This document shows positions 1-10,201 of a stretch of DNA of 64,000 nucleotides, piece after piece. This stretch comes from a virus (lineage: Duplodnaviria > Caudoviricetes). Location: positions 128,001 to 192,000 of IMG/VR virus record IMGVR_UViG_2061766007_000342. One strand, given 5' to 3'. Numbering within the stretch: position 1 is the stretch's first letter; every line of letters begins with the position of its first letter. The notes beneath the pieces were generated by a model. That model did no database searches, was not told the DNA's origin, and was given only the letters and a program-made list of their open reading frames with translations. A program made the translations under genes and the position numbers.

Positions 1-758
1 GCAGGTAATTCAGGAGCAACAGTAAGGGATGTACAACCTTGGAACATACTAGAACAGCAACCAACTGCCAATGTTGTTGCTGGTAATGCGGGTATTGTAG
101 TGAGAGCTGTACAACCATAGAACATGCTAGTGTAGCAACCAATTGGCAATGTTGTTGCTGGTAATTCAGGAGCAACAGTAAGAGATGTACAACCATTGAA
201 CATATTAGCATAGCAATTAATTGCTAATGTTGTTGCAGGTAATTTAGGTGCATTCGTAAGAGATGTACAACCAATGAACATATAATAGTAGCAATAATTA
301 TCCATTGTTGTATTTTCAGGATCTTCATAATCCAATAATGTTCTAATATCTCCATTACATGCAATTGTACCAGTTGTTGCAAATACAAAAGATGAATAAA
401 CGGAAGATGATGATGGTATTGCTGAAATGTGAGTATTGTTTTTACCTCTTAAATACAACACATTTCCTGTACCGGAAGAAATTGCGGTACTGGATGAACC
501 ATCCCATTCCGTCCAAGTTGTTTTATTCGTGGAATATTCAATTGTACCATTCCATTTCTTACCAGTAAGGGTTTTCAATGTAAATGATTCCGTTCCAATA
601 AATGTAAGATATGGACCTTCGAACAAACCGTATATGTCACCATATGACGCTTCATCGATTTTATGAACAGCTTCAGCATCTTTAATTGCATATAACACAG
701 GACTATTACCAGTGGAATCAGATACCTGTGAAATATACAATTTCTCATCATTTGGCAT
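1..758 (-). CDS. Leucine-rich-repeat (BspA-like) surface/virion protein, partial (runs off the left edge; absent from the ORF track)
   Basis: Manual translation from ATG 758 with GGAGGT RBS gives MPNDEKLYISQ..., then tandem 24-aa repeats CYxxMFxGCTSLTxAPELPATTLA; frame stays open to position 1. Confidence 0.85.
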   Translation of the reverse strand, partial: MPNDEKLYISQVSDSTGNSPVLYAIKDAEAVHKIDEASYGDIYGLFEGPYLTFIGTESFTLKTLTGKKWNGTIEYSTNKTTWTEWDGSSSTAISSGTGNVLYLRGKNNTHISAIPSSSSVYSSFVFATTGTIACNGDIRTLLDYEDPENTTMDNYCYYYMFIGCTSLTNAPKLPATTLAINCYANMFNGCTSLTVAPELPATTLPIGCYTSMFYGCTALTTIPALPATTLAVGCCSSMFQGCTSLTVAPELP

Positions 759-874
759 ATGATTACCTCCTTTAGGATTAAATTTTTTATAAATTTATTA
801 CATATCAAGGATGTTAAAAAAGTGTATCGAGCATCTGTTCATACTTGATTAGAATAAAAAAATATATAATGATA

Positions 875-891
875 GCCCCCATTACGGGGGC
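875..891. terminator. GC hairpin, probable terminator
   Basis: GCCCCC-attac-GGGGGC downstream of the 949..1575 gene. Confidence 0.5.
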
Positions 892-948
892 GATCATATT
901 ATTATATGCGAACCATATGTTGCTTTTCGATACTGATCACAAGTGCTC

Positions 949-1575
949 TTAATTATCAGCAGGCAAGTTTAAGATCATTTGATACAGTTCATGATTTGAT
1001 GGAGCCCATGGTGCAAATGATGGTGATATTTGATAAATTGCTTTATCACAAATCATTGGATGAAAGACAACATCATTTGTGAAAGATACGCCAGATTTAA
1101 TTACAATTTGAACAGTTGCTGATGGATCATTGAACTCTGGTGCATTCGTAATATCACCGGTATCAATTACATCCAGATTTTGTTGAATTGTCATGTAATA
1201 AGAATCAATTGATCCATTTTGTATGCAACCGGAAAGTGTTAATGTTGCTTGTGTTGGATTATTAACAGTACCAAGTGTAATAGTAACATCATTCTCAGCA
1301 GTTCCCGACACAGTTACAGTGCCATTGATATGTGAAAATGTGTAAGTGATACCATCAATTGTTATTGGTTGTTCATCCGGTTCAACCAATTTCAGTTTAT
1401 TTTTACAACTGACATCAATGAGGTGTGTAAGACTTTCTTTCTGATAAATTGTTTCAGCAACACAGCGTGATAGTTTACCGAATGCTGTCGATATATTCTC
1501 ACCAGATATCAATGGTTCCAAATTCATTGATGGTGTAAAGTCAACATTCAATTTGATATTGACATTCTTTGACAT
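949..1575 (-). CDS. Putative virion/tail-associated protein
   Basis: 208 aa, AAGGAG RBS, SGENISTAFGKL motif typical of phage fibre proteins, beta-rich C-terminus, late-type promoter upstream. Confidence 0.6.
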   Translation of the reverse strand: MSKNVNIKLNVDFTPSMNLEPLISGENISTAFGKLSRCVAETIYQKESLTHLIDVSCKNKLKLVEPDEQPITIDGITYTFSHINGTVTVSGTAENDVTITLGTVNNPTQATLTLSGCIQNGSIDSYYMTIQQNLDVIDTGDITNAPEFNDPSATVQIVIKSGVSFTNDVVFHPMICDKAIYQISPSFAPWAPSNHELYQMILNLPADN

Positions 1576-1601
1576 AATGAATTCACTCCTTTCGGATTAA
1601 A

Positions 1602-1616
1602 AGTTATGAATCGGTT
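1602..1616 (-). promoter_or_regulatory. Late-type promoter motif
   Basis: AACC-GATTCA-TAACT; the same pattern recurs upstream of eight structural or late genes. Confidence 0.55.
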
Positions 1617-1624
1617 TAATGATG

Positions 1625-1652
1625 ATGTGTGGGGGATTCATCCCCCACACAT
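1625..1652. terminator. GC hairpin, probable terminator
   Basis: 12-bp perfect stem ATGTGTGGGGGA/TCCCCCACACAT. Confidence 0.6.
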
Positions 1653-1678
1653 ATCACACATCGGGATGTTGTTAATGA

Positions 1679-2266
1679 TTACAGTGTGCAAGTGAACGTG
1701 ATGTCACTGAACGGAGTCCATACACCATCACCCGTCAGTACGGAATCCACATCCGCAGTGGTTGGTGCCGGTGCATAACCCGCAGTACCATTTGCAGCAG
1801 CTGTCAGCGCATAGTAAGTATCCGTTGCAAACGTCGGTGCAGAATCACCGGTGACGGCGGAATACTGACCCGTTGCGGAATCATACGTGAAGTAGTTGGT
1901 GTAATTGGTTGTCCAGTCATCAGGCTGTTCGGTCAGAAGCGTGTAAGTATCTTCTGTTGCACCAACGAGAGTCTTTGCAGACAGTACAGCCTCGTCGATG
2001 TCGAGATTGGAACCAACCTTGATACCACCAAGAGTGATGTCGGTTGCTACTGGAATGTCGGTAGAATCAACGTTCGCTGCAATGTAGTCCAGTTCAGACC
2101 AGGTGTGTACACCATCACCGATCTTGATCTTAGTCTGACCGGTTGTCAATACTTCAACACCAAGCAGACCCTTCTCAAGAACGACGCTTGCAACATCAGC
2201 TGCCGCCCACTCTGCGGTTGTCTTCACAACCTGAAGCACGCGTACATTAACATTTTTTGCTGCCAT
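1679..2266 (-). CDS. Tail fibre/appendage protein with Mtd/hyaluronidase-type N-terminal anchor
   Basis: TAEW...LxKGxxGVE...KIKIGDGVHTWSELDY anchor motif; TLGGIKVG motif; QPDDWTTNY...APTF..DTYY module. Confidence 0.7.
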   Translation of the reverse strand: MAAKNVNVRVLQVVKTTAEWAAADVASVVLEKGLLGVEVLTTGQTKIKIGDGVHTWSELDYIAANVDSTDIPVATDITLGGIKVGSNLDIDEAVLSAKTLVGATEDTYTLLTEQPDDWTTNYTNYFTYDSATGQYSAVTGDSAPTFATDTYYALTAAANGTAGYAPAPTTADVDSVLTGDGVWTPFSDITFTCTL

Positions 2267-2314
2267 ATAAATCGCTCCTTTATAATGGAATTTTATTTAT
2301 GAAAACGCCACTCA

Positions 2315-4021
2315 TCATATATGAGTATGAATCGTGGAATTGTCATCAAGTTGACGATCAATGATATGATAGTCATTCGTATCCGAATTCCAAATATATG
2401 TCTCGCCTTCGGAAAGATCAATATACATTTTATCGATTTGTCCTACAGCGGGGAATGCTGCTCGATTGATATAGAACTCAGCTTCTTCTGCCTTGGAGAT
2501 ACGTTCGTCAAATGTTTGAACGGTTGTTTCAACAGCATCAACTCGATCAACACACGACTGTGTGGTGGATTGTACATCAGCAATGATGGTATCATACCCA
2601 GATACAGTTTCAACTGCGGTATCAACCTTGGTATCCATTGCAGACACTTCATCTTCCACATGAGCAAGACGTTGCATTACGGATTCCAATGTAACATCAC
2701 CGTCAATCACCAATGGAACGATATCACCGTTATTGATATGAACAGCGATTGCTTCATCACCAGTTGTGAATTCATTCTTCACTTGATAAAGCTGACCAAT
2801 CTCCGTCCATGTCAACTGAGAACGCACGTAAGTTTCATTTGGACGATACTTGTGAATTGCCAATGGAATATTCTCCAATGCAGTTACACGTGCTTCCAAT
2901 GACGTCAAACGTTCATTAATCACAGTCAAGTTTGCATTGAAGATGTTTTGGAGATTGGTAATGGATGTTGCATTCGTTGTAATTTCAGTTTGATGTTCAT
3001 TCAATGTTGCATTGATTGCATCAAACTTTGCATTCATCAGTTCCAATTGCTGTTGTAACAATCCAACCGTTTCTTCCAAGGTTGTAACTTTATCTTCCAA
3101 AGTCTTGATACGAGATTCCGAAGGTTCATAAATAGCATTCCAAATACCATATGTTTGATTTACACAAATCAAATTCGAAGTAAATGCAGTAAATGATAAA
3201 CGAAGCCGTGTGGTAATGTTTGCTTGAAATGGGAATGTAACATTCACGTCACATGTTGCCAATAATAATGTATCATCATGCGGACATGCTTCGATGGTAT
3301 CATGCTGCAATACAATCGTTTGATTGTTATTTGTCCATTGATAATACGGATTATATCCGTCCGGACAATGTGACGGAGTATCAATGATATCAACCCACAG
3401 CTCAATACGATTGATCACGAGTCGATACAATCCACCATAATCATATGCAGGAATGTTATCAACAAACACACCCTTGATAGACTGTAGGAAGAAGTCACGA
3501 ATATCCGTATAATGTAATGCGATATCAAATGTGGATACATCCAATGCACGTTCATCAACGACTCCACCCATATCATCAAAGATGGAATAATACATACGGA
3601 ATGTGAGCTTGGATTTAATCAACGGAATACCATTGGTATATTCACTGGCATTCTGTCCAATACACTTCTCCAAGTATTCTTCCAATACAACATTCTTATT
3701 GATTGCATCCACAAAGTTAAACTTTGCAGCCAGATTGATACATGACGCATCAGGACGTTGGGTAATTCTCGTTTGTACATTCTCCGAGAAGTTGATCACG
3801 GTCCCATACTTCAGGTAATATGAATCAAATAAGAACGGATTGTAATTGGTCAATACAAATGCGGAACCAATGTATGGACCGTTTACCGGTAAATGAGGAT
3901 GTGGAAACCCTTTATGTTCATGATAACAATCATGACCATATGAATCATGATAACACGGTACAGGTGGTGGCGGTGGTGTCGGTCGACACATGCACGGTGG
4001 TTGTTGTTTATGGTTATACAT
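2315..4021 (-). CDS. Putative virion structural protein with long coiled coil
   Basis: 568 aa, Pro/His/Cys-rich N-terminus, heptad-rich central region, C-terminal FPAVG..DKMYID....TYIW fibre-type motif. Confidence 0.6.
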   Translation of the reverse strand: MYNHKQQPPCMCRPTPPPPPVPCYHDSYGHDCYHEHKGFPHPHLPVNGPYIGSAFVLTNYNPFLFDSYYLKYGTVINFSENVQTRITQRPDASCINLAAKFNFVDAINKNVVLEEYLEKCIGQNASEYTNGIPLIKSKLTFRMYYSIFDDMGGVVDERALDVSTFDIALHYTDIRDFFLQSIKGVFVDNIPAYDYGGLYRLVINRIELWVDIIDTPSHCPDGYNPYYQWTNNNQTIVLQHDTIEACPHDDTLLLATCDVNVTFPFQANITTRLRLSFTAFTSNLICVNQTYGIWNAIYEPSESRIKTLEDKVTTLEETVGLLQQQLELMNAKFDAINATLNEHQTEITTNATSITNLQNIFNANLTVINERLTSLEARVTALENIPLAIHKYRPNETYVRSQLTWTEIGQLYQVKNEFTTGDEAIAVHINNGDIVPLVIDGDVTLESVMQRLAHVEDEVSAMDTKVDTAVETVSGYDTIIADVQSTTQSCVDRVDAVETTVQTFDERISKAEEAEFYINRAAFPAVGQIDKMYIDLSEGETYIWNSDTNDYHIIDRQLDDNSTIHTHI

Positions 4022-4045
4022 AACTTATTCACACTCCTTATGTGT

Positions 4046-5329
4046 TTATTTTAATTTGAGAATGTATTTAATAATGTATATGATAATCGGAGTCCATAGA
4101 TATAACTCCTTAGCATCTGCATTATCAAATAACTGATCTCCGGTATACAATGATAACTGATTGAGTTTGGTTAACTTACCATGTATGAAGTCATGTAACA
4201 AAGATACATAGTCATATCGTTTCAAATAATAATGACGTGCATAACATTCGTTACAACGTTCACACATTCTACATTTGTCCATGGTACATGTACGGATATC
4301 TTGTTCATTATATAAGATATCATACACACGATCCGGGAAGTATTTCATTGCTTCCGCTTTAGGACACCATGGTGGGTTCCATAACATTACATCCACATCC
4401 GTTCCATACATACGAAATGTGGAATCTGGATATTCAATACCTTTTATCGTATGATACTTAAATTGTTCAAGATAACGTAATGGCGCATCACGTTCAATCC
4501 ATTTGTACGGTGATGCTTGATAATATGATTCCAATTCACGTTCATGACATTTATCTGGATTGAGTACAATGTTATGTGTTGCATTATCCTTAATCATGAC
4601 TGCATTACGATACATGAAATAATTTCCACATAAATCAAATAATGTTTGACCATTCAAATGTAACAGGTAACAGTTATGTGTTTTATCATAGAATCGTGAA
4701 TTGTAATTCTCAATCATGTCATCTACCATACGAATGATACGAGATCGATGGTTGTAATCTTCAATACCAATAACCGGTGTTAAATCTTCACCACCAATCG
4801 TTTGTAAGTCGGTGACATATGTACCCACGGTTTGTTTTTCAACAAACTGAATCTCATCCGGATTGGTTGAGAATAAAGCATATGTAATCTTGTATGAACC
4901 ATCTGTGTTTAATCCATCTTGGGATACTTGTGTAACACGGAAGATGTGGTTCATGTGAATGTGATTAATGATGAAGAAATCATTCTCTTTTGGCTGTATG
5001 GTAGATGGTATAATATACGCTTCTCCTTGGAGATTGTAATTACGTACATTGGTAGTTGATGCTTGTGATTCTTCGGGACTAAATGGTGTAAATCCAATCA
5101 ATGGTAGATCTATTATCTTATCAAATCTTAATGGTGAATCTGGACCCAATGTTTGATACATCGTATCTGTTCCAAGTGATGTGGATGTATCATGATCATT
5201 GATATTGTAATATGTTACTAATGTACGTCCTGAACCAGTGTACTTGTTCAATCTTGAATGTAAGTACATATCGAACTTATACATCTGAGAATCCACGAGT
5301 GATTGTTCATCATATACTAACTGTGCCAT
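4046..5329 (-). CDS. Conserved jumbo-phage virion protein (possible neck/head completion)
   Basis: 427 aa, AGGAAG RBS, VTYYNIN...SPLRFDKI..LPL.G...GEAYIIP.TIQP.ENDFF pattern, late-type promoter at 5385..5399. Confidence 0.55.
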   Translation of the reverse strand: MAQLVYDEQSLVDSQMYKFDMYLHSRLNKYTGSGRTLVTYYNINDHDTSTSLGTDTMYQTLGPDSPLRFDKIIDLPLIGFTPFSPEESQASTTNVRNYNLQGEAYIIPSTIQPKENDFFIINHIHMNHIFRVTQVSQDGLNTDGSYKITYALFSTNPDEIQFVEKQTVGTYVTDLQTIGGEDLTPVIGIEDYNHRSRIIRMVDDMIENYNSRFYDKTHNCYLLHLNGQTLFDLCGNYFMYRNAVMIKDNATHNIVLNPDKCHERELESYYQASPYKWIERDAPLRYLEQFKYHTIKGIEYPDSTFRMYGTDVDVMLWNPPWCPKAEAMKYFPDRVYDILYNEQDIRTCTMDKCRMCERCNECYARHYYLKRYDYVSLLHDFIHGKLTKLNQLSLYTGDQLFDNADAKELYLWTPIIIYIIKYILKLK

Positions 5330-5384
5330 GTTATTATCACTTCCTTTGTATATGTGAATTTCAATATGTAATAAAACATATTTG

Positions 5385-5399
5385 AGTTATTGATTCGTG
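5385..5399 (-). promoter_or_regulatory. Late-type promoter motif
   Basis: CACG-AATCAA-TAACT. Confidence 0.45.
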
Positions 5400-5403
5400 G
5401 TTG

Positions 5404-5427
5404 GTATACGGGGATATCCCCGTATAC
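5404..5427. other. Perfect palindrome/hairpin between divergent genes
   Basis: GTATACGGGG-atat-CCCCGTATAC. Confidence 0.6.
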
Positions 5428-5574
5428 AATGATTAATTATTTATTAATAGAAAATATGTATTATTGATATGGATTGAATAACCATGTAATGTACATTCAT
5501 TGAAAGGGCGGTGGTTGATCATGGTTTTCTTCAGTCTTTAATAAATATTATAATAATGAAGGAGAGTGTTTGTT

Positions 5575-6822
5575 ATGAATGAAAAAGATGAAATCGTTAT
5601 GAATGATGATGACGATTATGTGTACACATATGACATTGAAGAAATTGATGAATGTGTAGACAAGATTAATCGTGGTATCATTCCCGCAATGTTGGATGAC
5701 GCAATGAAAGCAGATATCAAGCATCGTGCAATGGAACTGAAACGAATCATCGATGAAGAAATGGATGATGAAGAAATTGGTTTATCACGTGCACGAATGT
5801 TGGCAAACAAGATTGAACAAAACAAACGTAAAGCAACCAAACGTGACGTATTAGTGATCCAATTAACGGATGAACAACGTAATGAAATCCATCAACAAAT
5901 GGATGGGGTTGTCGTACGTGACAATTGGCGTTTACGTTATCACAAATCCGATGACGAGATATACGATTCGGCGGAACGTAAATCCATTTATACTCGTTTG
6001 AGTAAATTACAAAAGCAATATTATCACGTGGATGAATGGATTGATGCAATGAAAACCATCATGGAAGCGGTGGAATATTCTTTGGATCATGACTATCCGA
6101 TGTACAATCATGACACAGTTGTTGAGATGTGGAACTCGGGTAAGATTGCATTCAAATATTGTCCAATTCCACAATTGTTCACATCATGGACAACCATGGT
6201 GACTGACCCGGAAACCCTCAAGGGTATTATGTGTGGTGAAATCACCGTTGAAACATCTTCGGATAAATTGGCGAAATCGAAACCGAAACGTGATCGTAGT
6301 GAACGTGTTGGTATTGTATATGATTACGCGGTTGTGGATCCGGGTGAATTCAATGCAATGCGTAATGCACATTTGGCGGGTTATGATACACCGGTATCTC
6401 CGATTATACGGGCAATGCGCGGAACATTCAATCGATTCTCGTTACCGGAAAACAATTACTTCGTATCCATGTATAATGATAATAGTAATGATGGTAAACG
6501 TGAAATGCCGATGTCGTTTGATTGGTTGGCGGATGGTGCCGGTAAAGAATACTTCCGTTTGGTCAATGGCAAAAAAGAAACCACGGATGATATTGTGGAT
6601 TTTGTGGCGGAATGTAACAATCGGGAGCTTGGTCCACAATTCCGAAATGGTATGGGAGAATTCTTGGATTCAATGTCACGTTCACCTGAACAAAATATGG
6701 TTGGCGGTGGTGGTGCGGATTTGTTATCATATAATGCAATCCCATCTGAATTGGAACAAGTAAACGAAAAAGAAATTGCTTTGGAGAAAGCAATCATGGA
6801 TCAAATGATCGTGATTCAATGA
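5575..6822 (+). CDS. Hypothetical protein
   Basis: About 415 aa; AAGGAG RBS favours ATG 5575; early-like motif at 5457..5471. Confidence 0.75.
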   Translation: MNEKDEIVMNDDDDYVYTYDIEEIDECVDKINRGIIPAMLDDAMKADIKHRAMELKRIIDEEMDDEEIGLSRARMLANKIEQNKRKATKRDVLVIQLTDEQRNEIHQQMDGVVVRDNWRLRYHKSDDEIYDSAERKSIYTRLSKLQKQYYHVDEWIDAMKTIMEAVEYSLDHDYPMYNHDTVVEMWNSGKIAFKYCPIPQLFTSWTTMVTDPETLKGIMCGEITVETSSDKLAKSKPKRDRSERVGIVYDYAVVDPGEFNAMRNAHLAGYDTPVSPIIRAMRGTFNRFSLPENNYFVSMYNDNSNDGKREMPMSFDWLADGAGKEYFRLVNGKKETTDDIVDFVAECNNRELGPQFRNGMGEFLDSMSRSPEQNMVGGGGADLLSYNAIPSELEQVNEKEIALEKAIMDQMIVIQ

Positions 6823-7001
6823 TAATGATACAATGGTGTAACATAAATGCCATTGTGTCGTTTATGTTGATAGCTTGATGCGGATGGATTGATGGGGTGT
6901 GACGTTAATCCAAATGATGCATGGGCAACCTCCTATATGTAATGTCCGATACATACAACGATACCGCCCCAACAGGGGCGGTACGTGTATCGGATATTGT
7001 T

Positions 7002-7790
7002 TTAATTCAAATATCGAGAATAACCATCGATGTTTGTTTTTTGTTTGAACAAACGATCCATTTGTACAATGCAATATTCAATAATTGCTTTGTTGAGTGC
7101 TTGTTCGGTTGTAATGGATTCATGATGTGTAACGGCTTCTTGAACAATGGAACCACACATACGAATGATCTTGGATTCGGTTTTGGGTTCTTCGGTGTTA
7201 TTGTTTGGATCATCCTTCTGTTCATTGGACTGTTTGATCTTTTCATCAACATCACTGAAGTCGGTTGCATCATTGGAATTGGTGATTTCTGAAGAAACTT
7301 CTTCAACGATATCACGTGATACTTTGTCACGCAAACGACGTCGGAACTGTTCGTACGGTTCGTTTTCATCACATGCTTCCAACAACTCTTTGGTCTTTAA
7401 CGCGGCTTCTTGGATGGTATCCGGAACGTTCTTGGTGCGCTGTACCTGTTCAGCAACTTCATCAACCTTGTTGTTGATTTCTTGAATGATGGATCCGAGC
7501 AATGGTGAACGTAATGCATCACAACTCTTTGTCAGATAATCATAACAAGAGCCGTTGTAATTGGTGTTGATATGACGCATAATGGAAGCATCAATCATAC
7601 CATCCAAATCTTTGGTTTCATCATGCATCATTGCCGAGATAATATCCTTCAAAACATTTAATGACATCTTCTCCCGAAAATCTGCCTTGTTAAAATTCAC
7701 AACGGAATCTTTTGATAAATGTGTTTTATCCGGATTGGAATCATCGGTATCATGAATGATGTCATTTAATAAATTCTTGATATCTGCCAT
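7002..7790 (-). CDS. Hypothetical protein, probable head-associated
   Basis: 262 aa, AGGTG RBS, IQEA and VQEA motifs like those in neighbouring head proteins. Confidence 0.65.
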   Translation of the reverse strand: MADIKNLLNDIIHDTDDSNPDKTHLSKDSVVNFNKADFREKMSLNVLKDIISAMMHDETKDLDGMIDASIMRHINTNYNGSCYDYLTKSCDALRSPLLGSIIQEINNKVDEVAEQVQRTKNVPDTIQEAALKTKELLEACDENEPYEQFRRRLRDKVSRDIVEEVSSEITNSNDATDFSDVDEKIKQSNEQKDDPNNNTEEPKTESKIIRMCGSIVQEAVTHHESITTEQALNKAIIEYCIVQMDRLFKQKTNIDGYSRYLN

Positions 7791-7807
7791 TGTTTATTTC
7801 ACCTACC

Positions 7808-9913
7808 TTATTCATTGATAATGATACCAAACTCATTGGTGGTACAATCCATTGCTTGTTCCATGGTAACGGGTTTGGATGCATCACACATTTCACCAAT
7901 CTTCTTGGCATGCTTTGCAAAGTTAATCAACGCTTCCTTGACTGGTTTCTTATTCTCGGTTGCTGTCGGATTATGTGCAAACTTCATCCGCAGATTGGTT
8001 AACACTTGATTGTATGCATTGATTGCAGACTTTTCTGCATCGTTTAATGAACCCGACTTGGAAGCATCGACCAAACAATTGTTCAACTTCTTGCTCTCAA
8101 CACCAAACTCTTCAATCAGCTGTTTGATGGACGGCTTGTCATTGTTCAATGTTGCCAAACAACGCTTGGTTGCAACATTGATACGGTTCTTGATGGAATT
8201 ATCCACTGCATATTCGACAGTTGCATCTTCATTGGTATCATTACCCAAACCATCACTCAAGAAGTCCTTCAGCTGTGCAATTGACATTCCCTTGAGCTTG
8301 TCTTCACCCTTCGCGAGTAAATCATCAATGGACATATCATCAATATTGTCCATGGATCCACCATTGAATTCCGAATCACCACTATCATCAGAATTCAATT
8401 CATCGTTGACCGCATTCATGTCCGTGGAAGATTTGTCCAAATCACCAGTCACATCAGGTGTATCGAAATTATCAGTAGAACCCATATCATTGGATGTATC
8501 CGCAGACATATCAGGTTCCAAGTTATTGACATCTTCCGATGAAGCAGCATCTGTTGAACCTGAATCCAGATCCAGCTTTACATCAGGATTGGAGTCAAAT
8601 GTCGGAGCAGCATCCATTCCAAGATCTACTGGATCTTTATTGGCATCATTGGATACCTTTGCTGCAATTGCATCGGATACATTATTCACAGCTGCCGGTT
8701 TTGCATCAGCATCAACCTTGGGTGCATCTGCATCTGCATTTGTATTATCTCCACCAATATCACCGCCGAGATTTGCATCTGCGCCTGCGTTGATATTTGC
8801 ATCCACCCCAGCATCATTTGTATTTGTGGAACCTTCTGCTGGAGGAGTATCGGTATTGTCGCCACCACCGAAGTCAATGGCTTCTTGGTAATATGTCGGT
8901 TCATCATTACCCCACCGAGACGGGATAATGGTTTCATGATACGACTCTTGTACGGTTGGATTTTTACCCTTGAATGATAAGTTCATTGACTTAATCTTAT
9001 TGGCGTCAAACTTTTCTGCAGGACGTTCCATTTTAACATTCTTGAACTCGTCAGTATCAATTTCACCGAGCTTGGACTTACGAACCTTGGACTCGGGAAT
9101 ACCCCATGTGATGTAAATGTCTTCGCCGTCTTCGATATCGAACTGGACAACGACACGATATTCACCATTGTACTTGGGAACAATCAATGCTTTCGGTGTT
9201 GCTGTATCCCATACTGAACCTTTGACCGTGAAACCTTGCTGTTGCATAATGACACGTAATGGTTCATTGATATATTTGAACACCTGAAGATTCTGGGCAA
9301 TGGTAATTGCATGCAATTGATTGATGTTGATCTTATCATTTGATGTGACTTCAAAACCAACGGGAAGCTTTGCAATGTAATCACCTGTACCATACTTACC
9401 GAAGTTCACGGTAACGAAACGCGGTACACGTTCATCATTGATATTTAAAGTATCATTGCCAAACAAACCTTCTTGAATGACATATTCCATATATGCATCA
9501 TAACGATCGGTTGCATGTTTGGTTACACGTTCAACGAAATGATTCTCATCTTCACGTGGTAACTTGGTGATGGAATTGTATGCCTCCTGATAGAAGTCAT
9601 CGAATGTCTTCTGATCTTCGTACACATGTTCCATTGCGGTAATATCACCAGGGATATCCATCAAACGATTGCTTGTGATAGACATCTCCAAAGAATCCAG
9701 TTCAATGTCTTCATCCAATGGAATATCGAGAATCGGTCTTTCGCGATATGCATTCGCTCCCTCCATCGTCAGATCAGACATGTCGTCAAACATCTGCATG
9801 CATTCCATGATGGTATCATCCATCTGATCATCACTTGATGTGATGACTTCATCATGTTCATTCACAACTTGCTGTTGCTTTAATGCAATCTGCTGCTTAA
9901 TGTATTCGAGCAT
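7808..9913 (-). CDS. Putative inner-head/scaffold protein with acidic low-complexity linker
   Basis: 701 aa, AGGAGG RBS, long D/G/N/A-rich tract, repeated hydrophobic-x-E|A/G/S motifs (FYQEA, VIQEG, VQES, YYQEA). Confidence 0.65.
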   Translation of the reverse strand: MLEYIKQQIALKQQQVVNEHDEVITSSDDQMDDTIMECMQMFDDMSDLTMEGANAYRERPILDIPLDEDIELDSLEMSITSNRLMDIPGDITAMEHVYEDQKTFDDFYQEAYNSITKLPREDENHFVERVTKHATDRYDAYMEYVIQEGLFGNDTLNINDERVPRFVTVNFGKYGTGDYIAKLPVGFEVTSNDKININQLHAITIAQNLQVFKYINEPLRVIMQQQGFTVKGSVWDTATPKALIVPKYNGEYRVVVQFDIEDGEDIYITWGIPESKVRKSKLGEIDTDEFKNVKMERPAEKFDANKIKSMNLSFKGKNPTVQESYHETIIPSRWGNDEPTYYQEAIDFGGGDNTDTPPAEGSTNTNDAGVDANINAGADANLGGDIGGDNTNADADAPKVDADAKPAAVNNVSDAIAAKVSNDANKDPVDLGMDAAPTFDSNPDVKLDLDSGSTDAASSEDVNNLEPDMSADTSNDMGSTDNFDTPDVTGDLDKSSTDMNAVNDELNSDDSGDSEFNGGSMDNIDDMSIDDLLAKGEDKLKGMSIAQLKDFLSDGLGNDTNEDATVEYAVDNSIKNRINVATKRCLATLNNDKPSIKQLIEEFGVESKKLNNCLVDASKSGSLNDAEKSAINAYNQVLTNLRMKFAHNPTATENKKPVKEALINFAKHAKKIGEMCDASKPVTMEQAMDCTTNEFGIIINE

Positions 9914-10003
9914 GTGAAAACGCCTCCTTGTGATTGATAATAAATTTTTTGAATAGTTATATTCTTATGATGAACGATTGGATACCCAATCGTTTCATTG
10001 ACA

Positions 10004-10150
10004 TTATAAAACAAACCCAAATGTTTCCAAGAAGATATCTGCCACCATTTCCGGAGACAGTTCAACAATACCAATGTCTTCCAGTGTCATATCTCCTTGG
10101 AGTTCGACATCATTGATAGTGGGTTTGTTTTCCAGATCATTGTAGTCCAT
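10004..10150 (-). CDS. Small 48-aa protein with fibre-type repeat module
   Basis: MDYNDLENKPTINDVELQGDMTLEDIGI...; GGGGTG RBS; YxxLxNKPxINxVELxG module. Confidence 0.7.
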   Translation of the reverse strand: MDYNDLENKPTINDVELQGDMTLEDIGIVELSPEMVADIFLETFGFVL

Positions 10151-10201
10151 ATGATCACACCCCCAATGAAACTTTATAAATGAAAGCGAGGTTTTGTATG
10201 A

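Noticed and set aside
8010-8891. 293-aa plus-strand ORF and many similar antisense ORFs in the track
   Set aside because: They are shadows of real genes on the opposite strand and lack RBS or motifs
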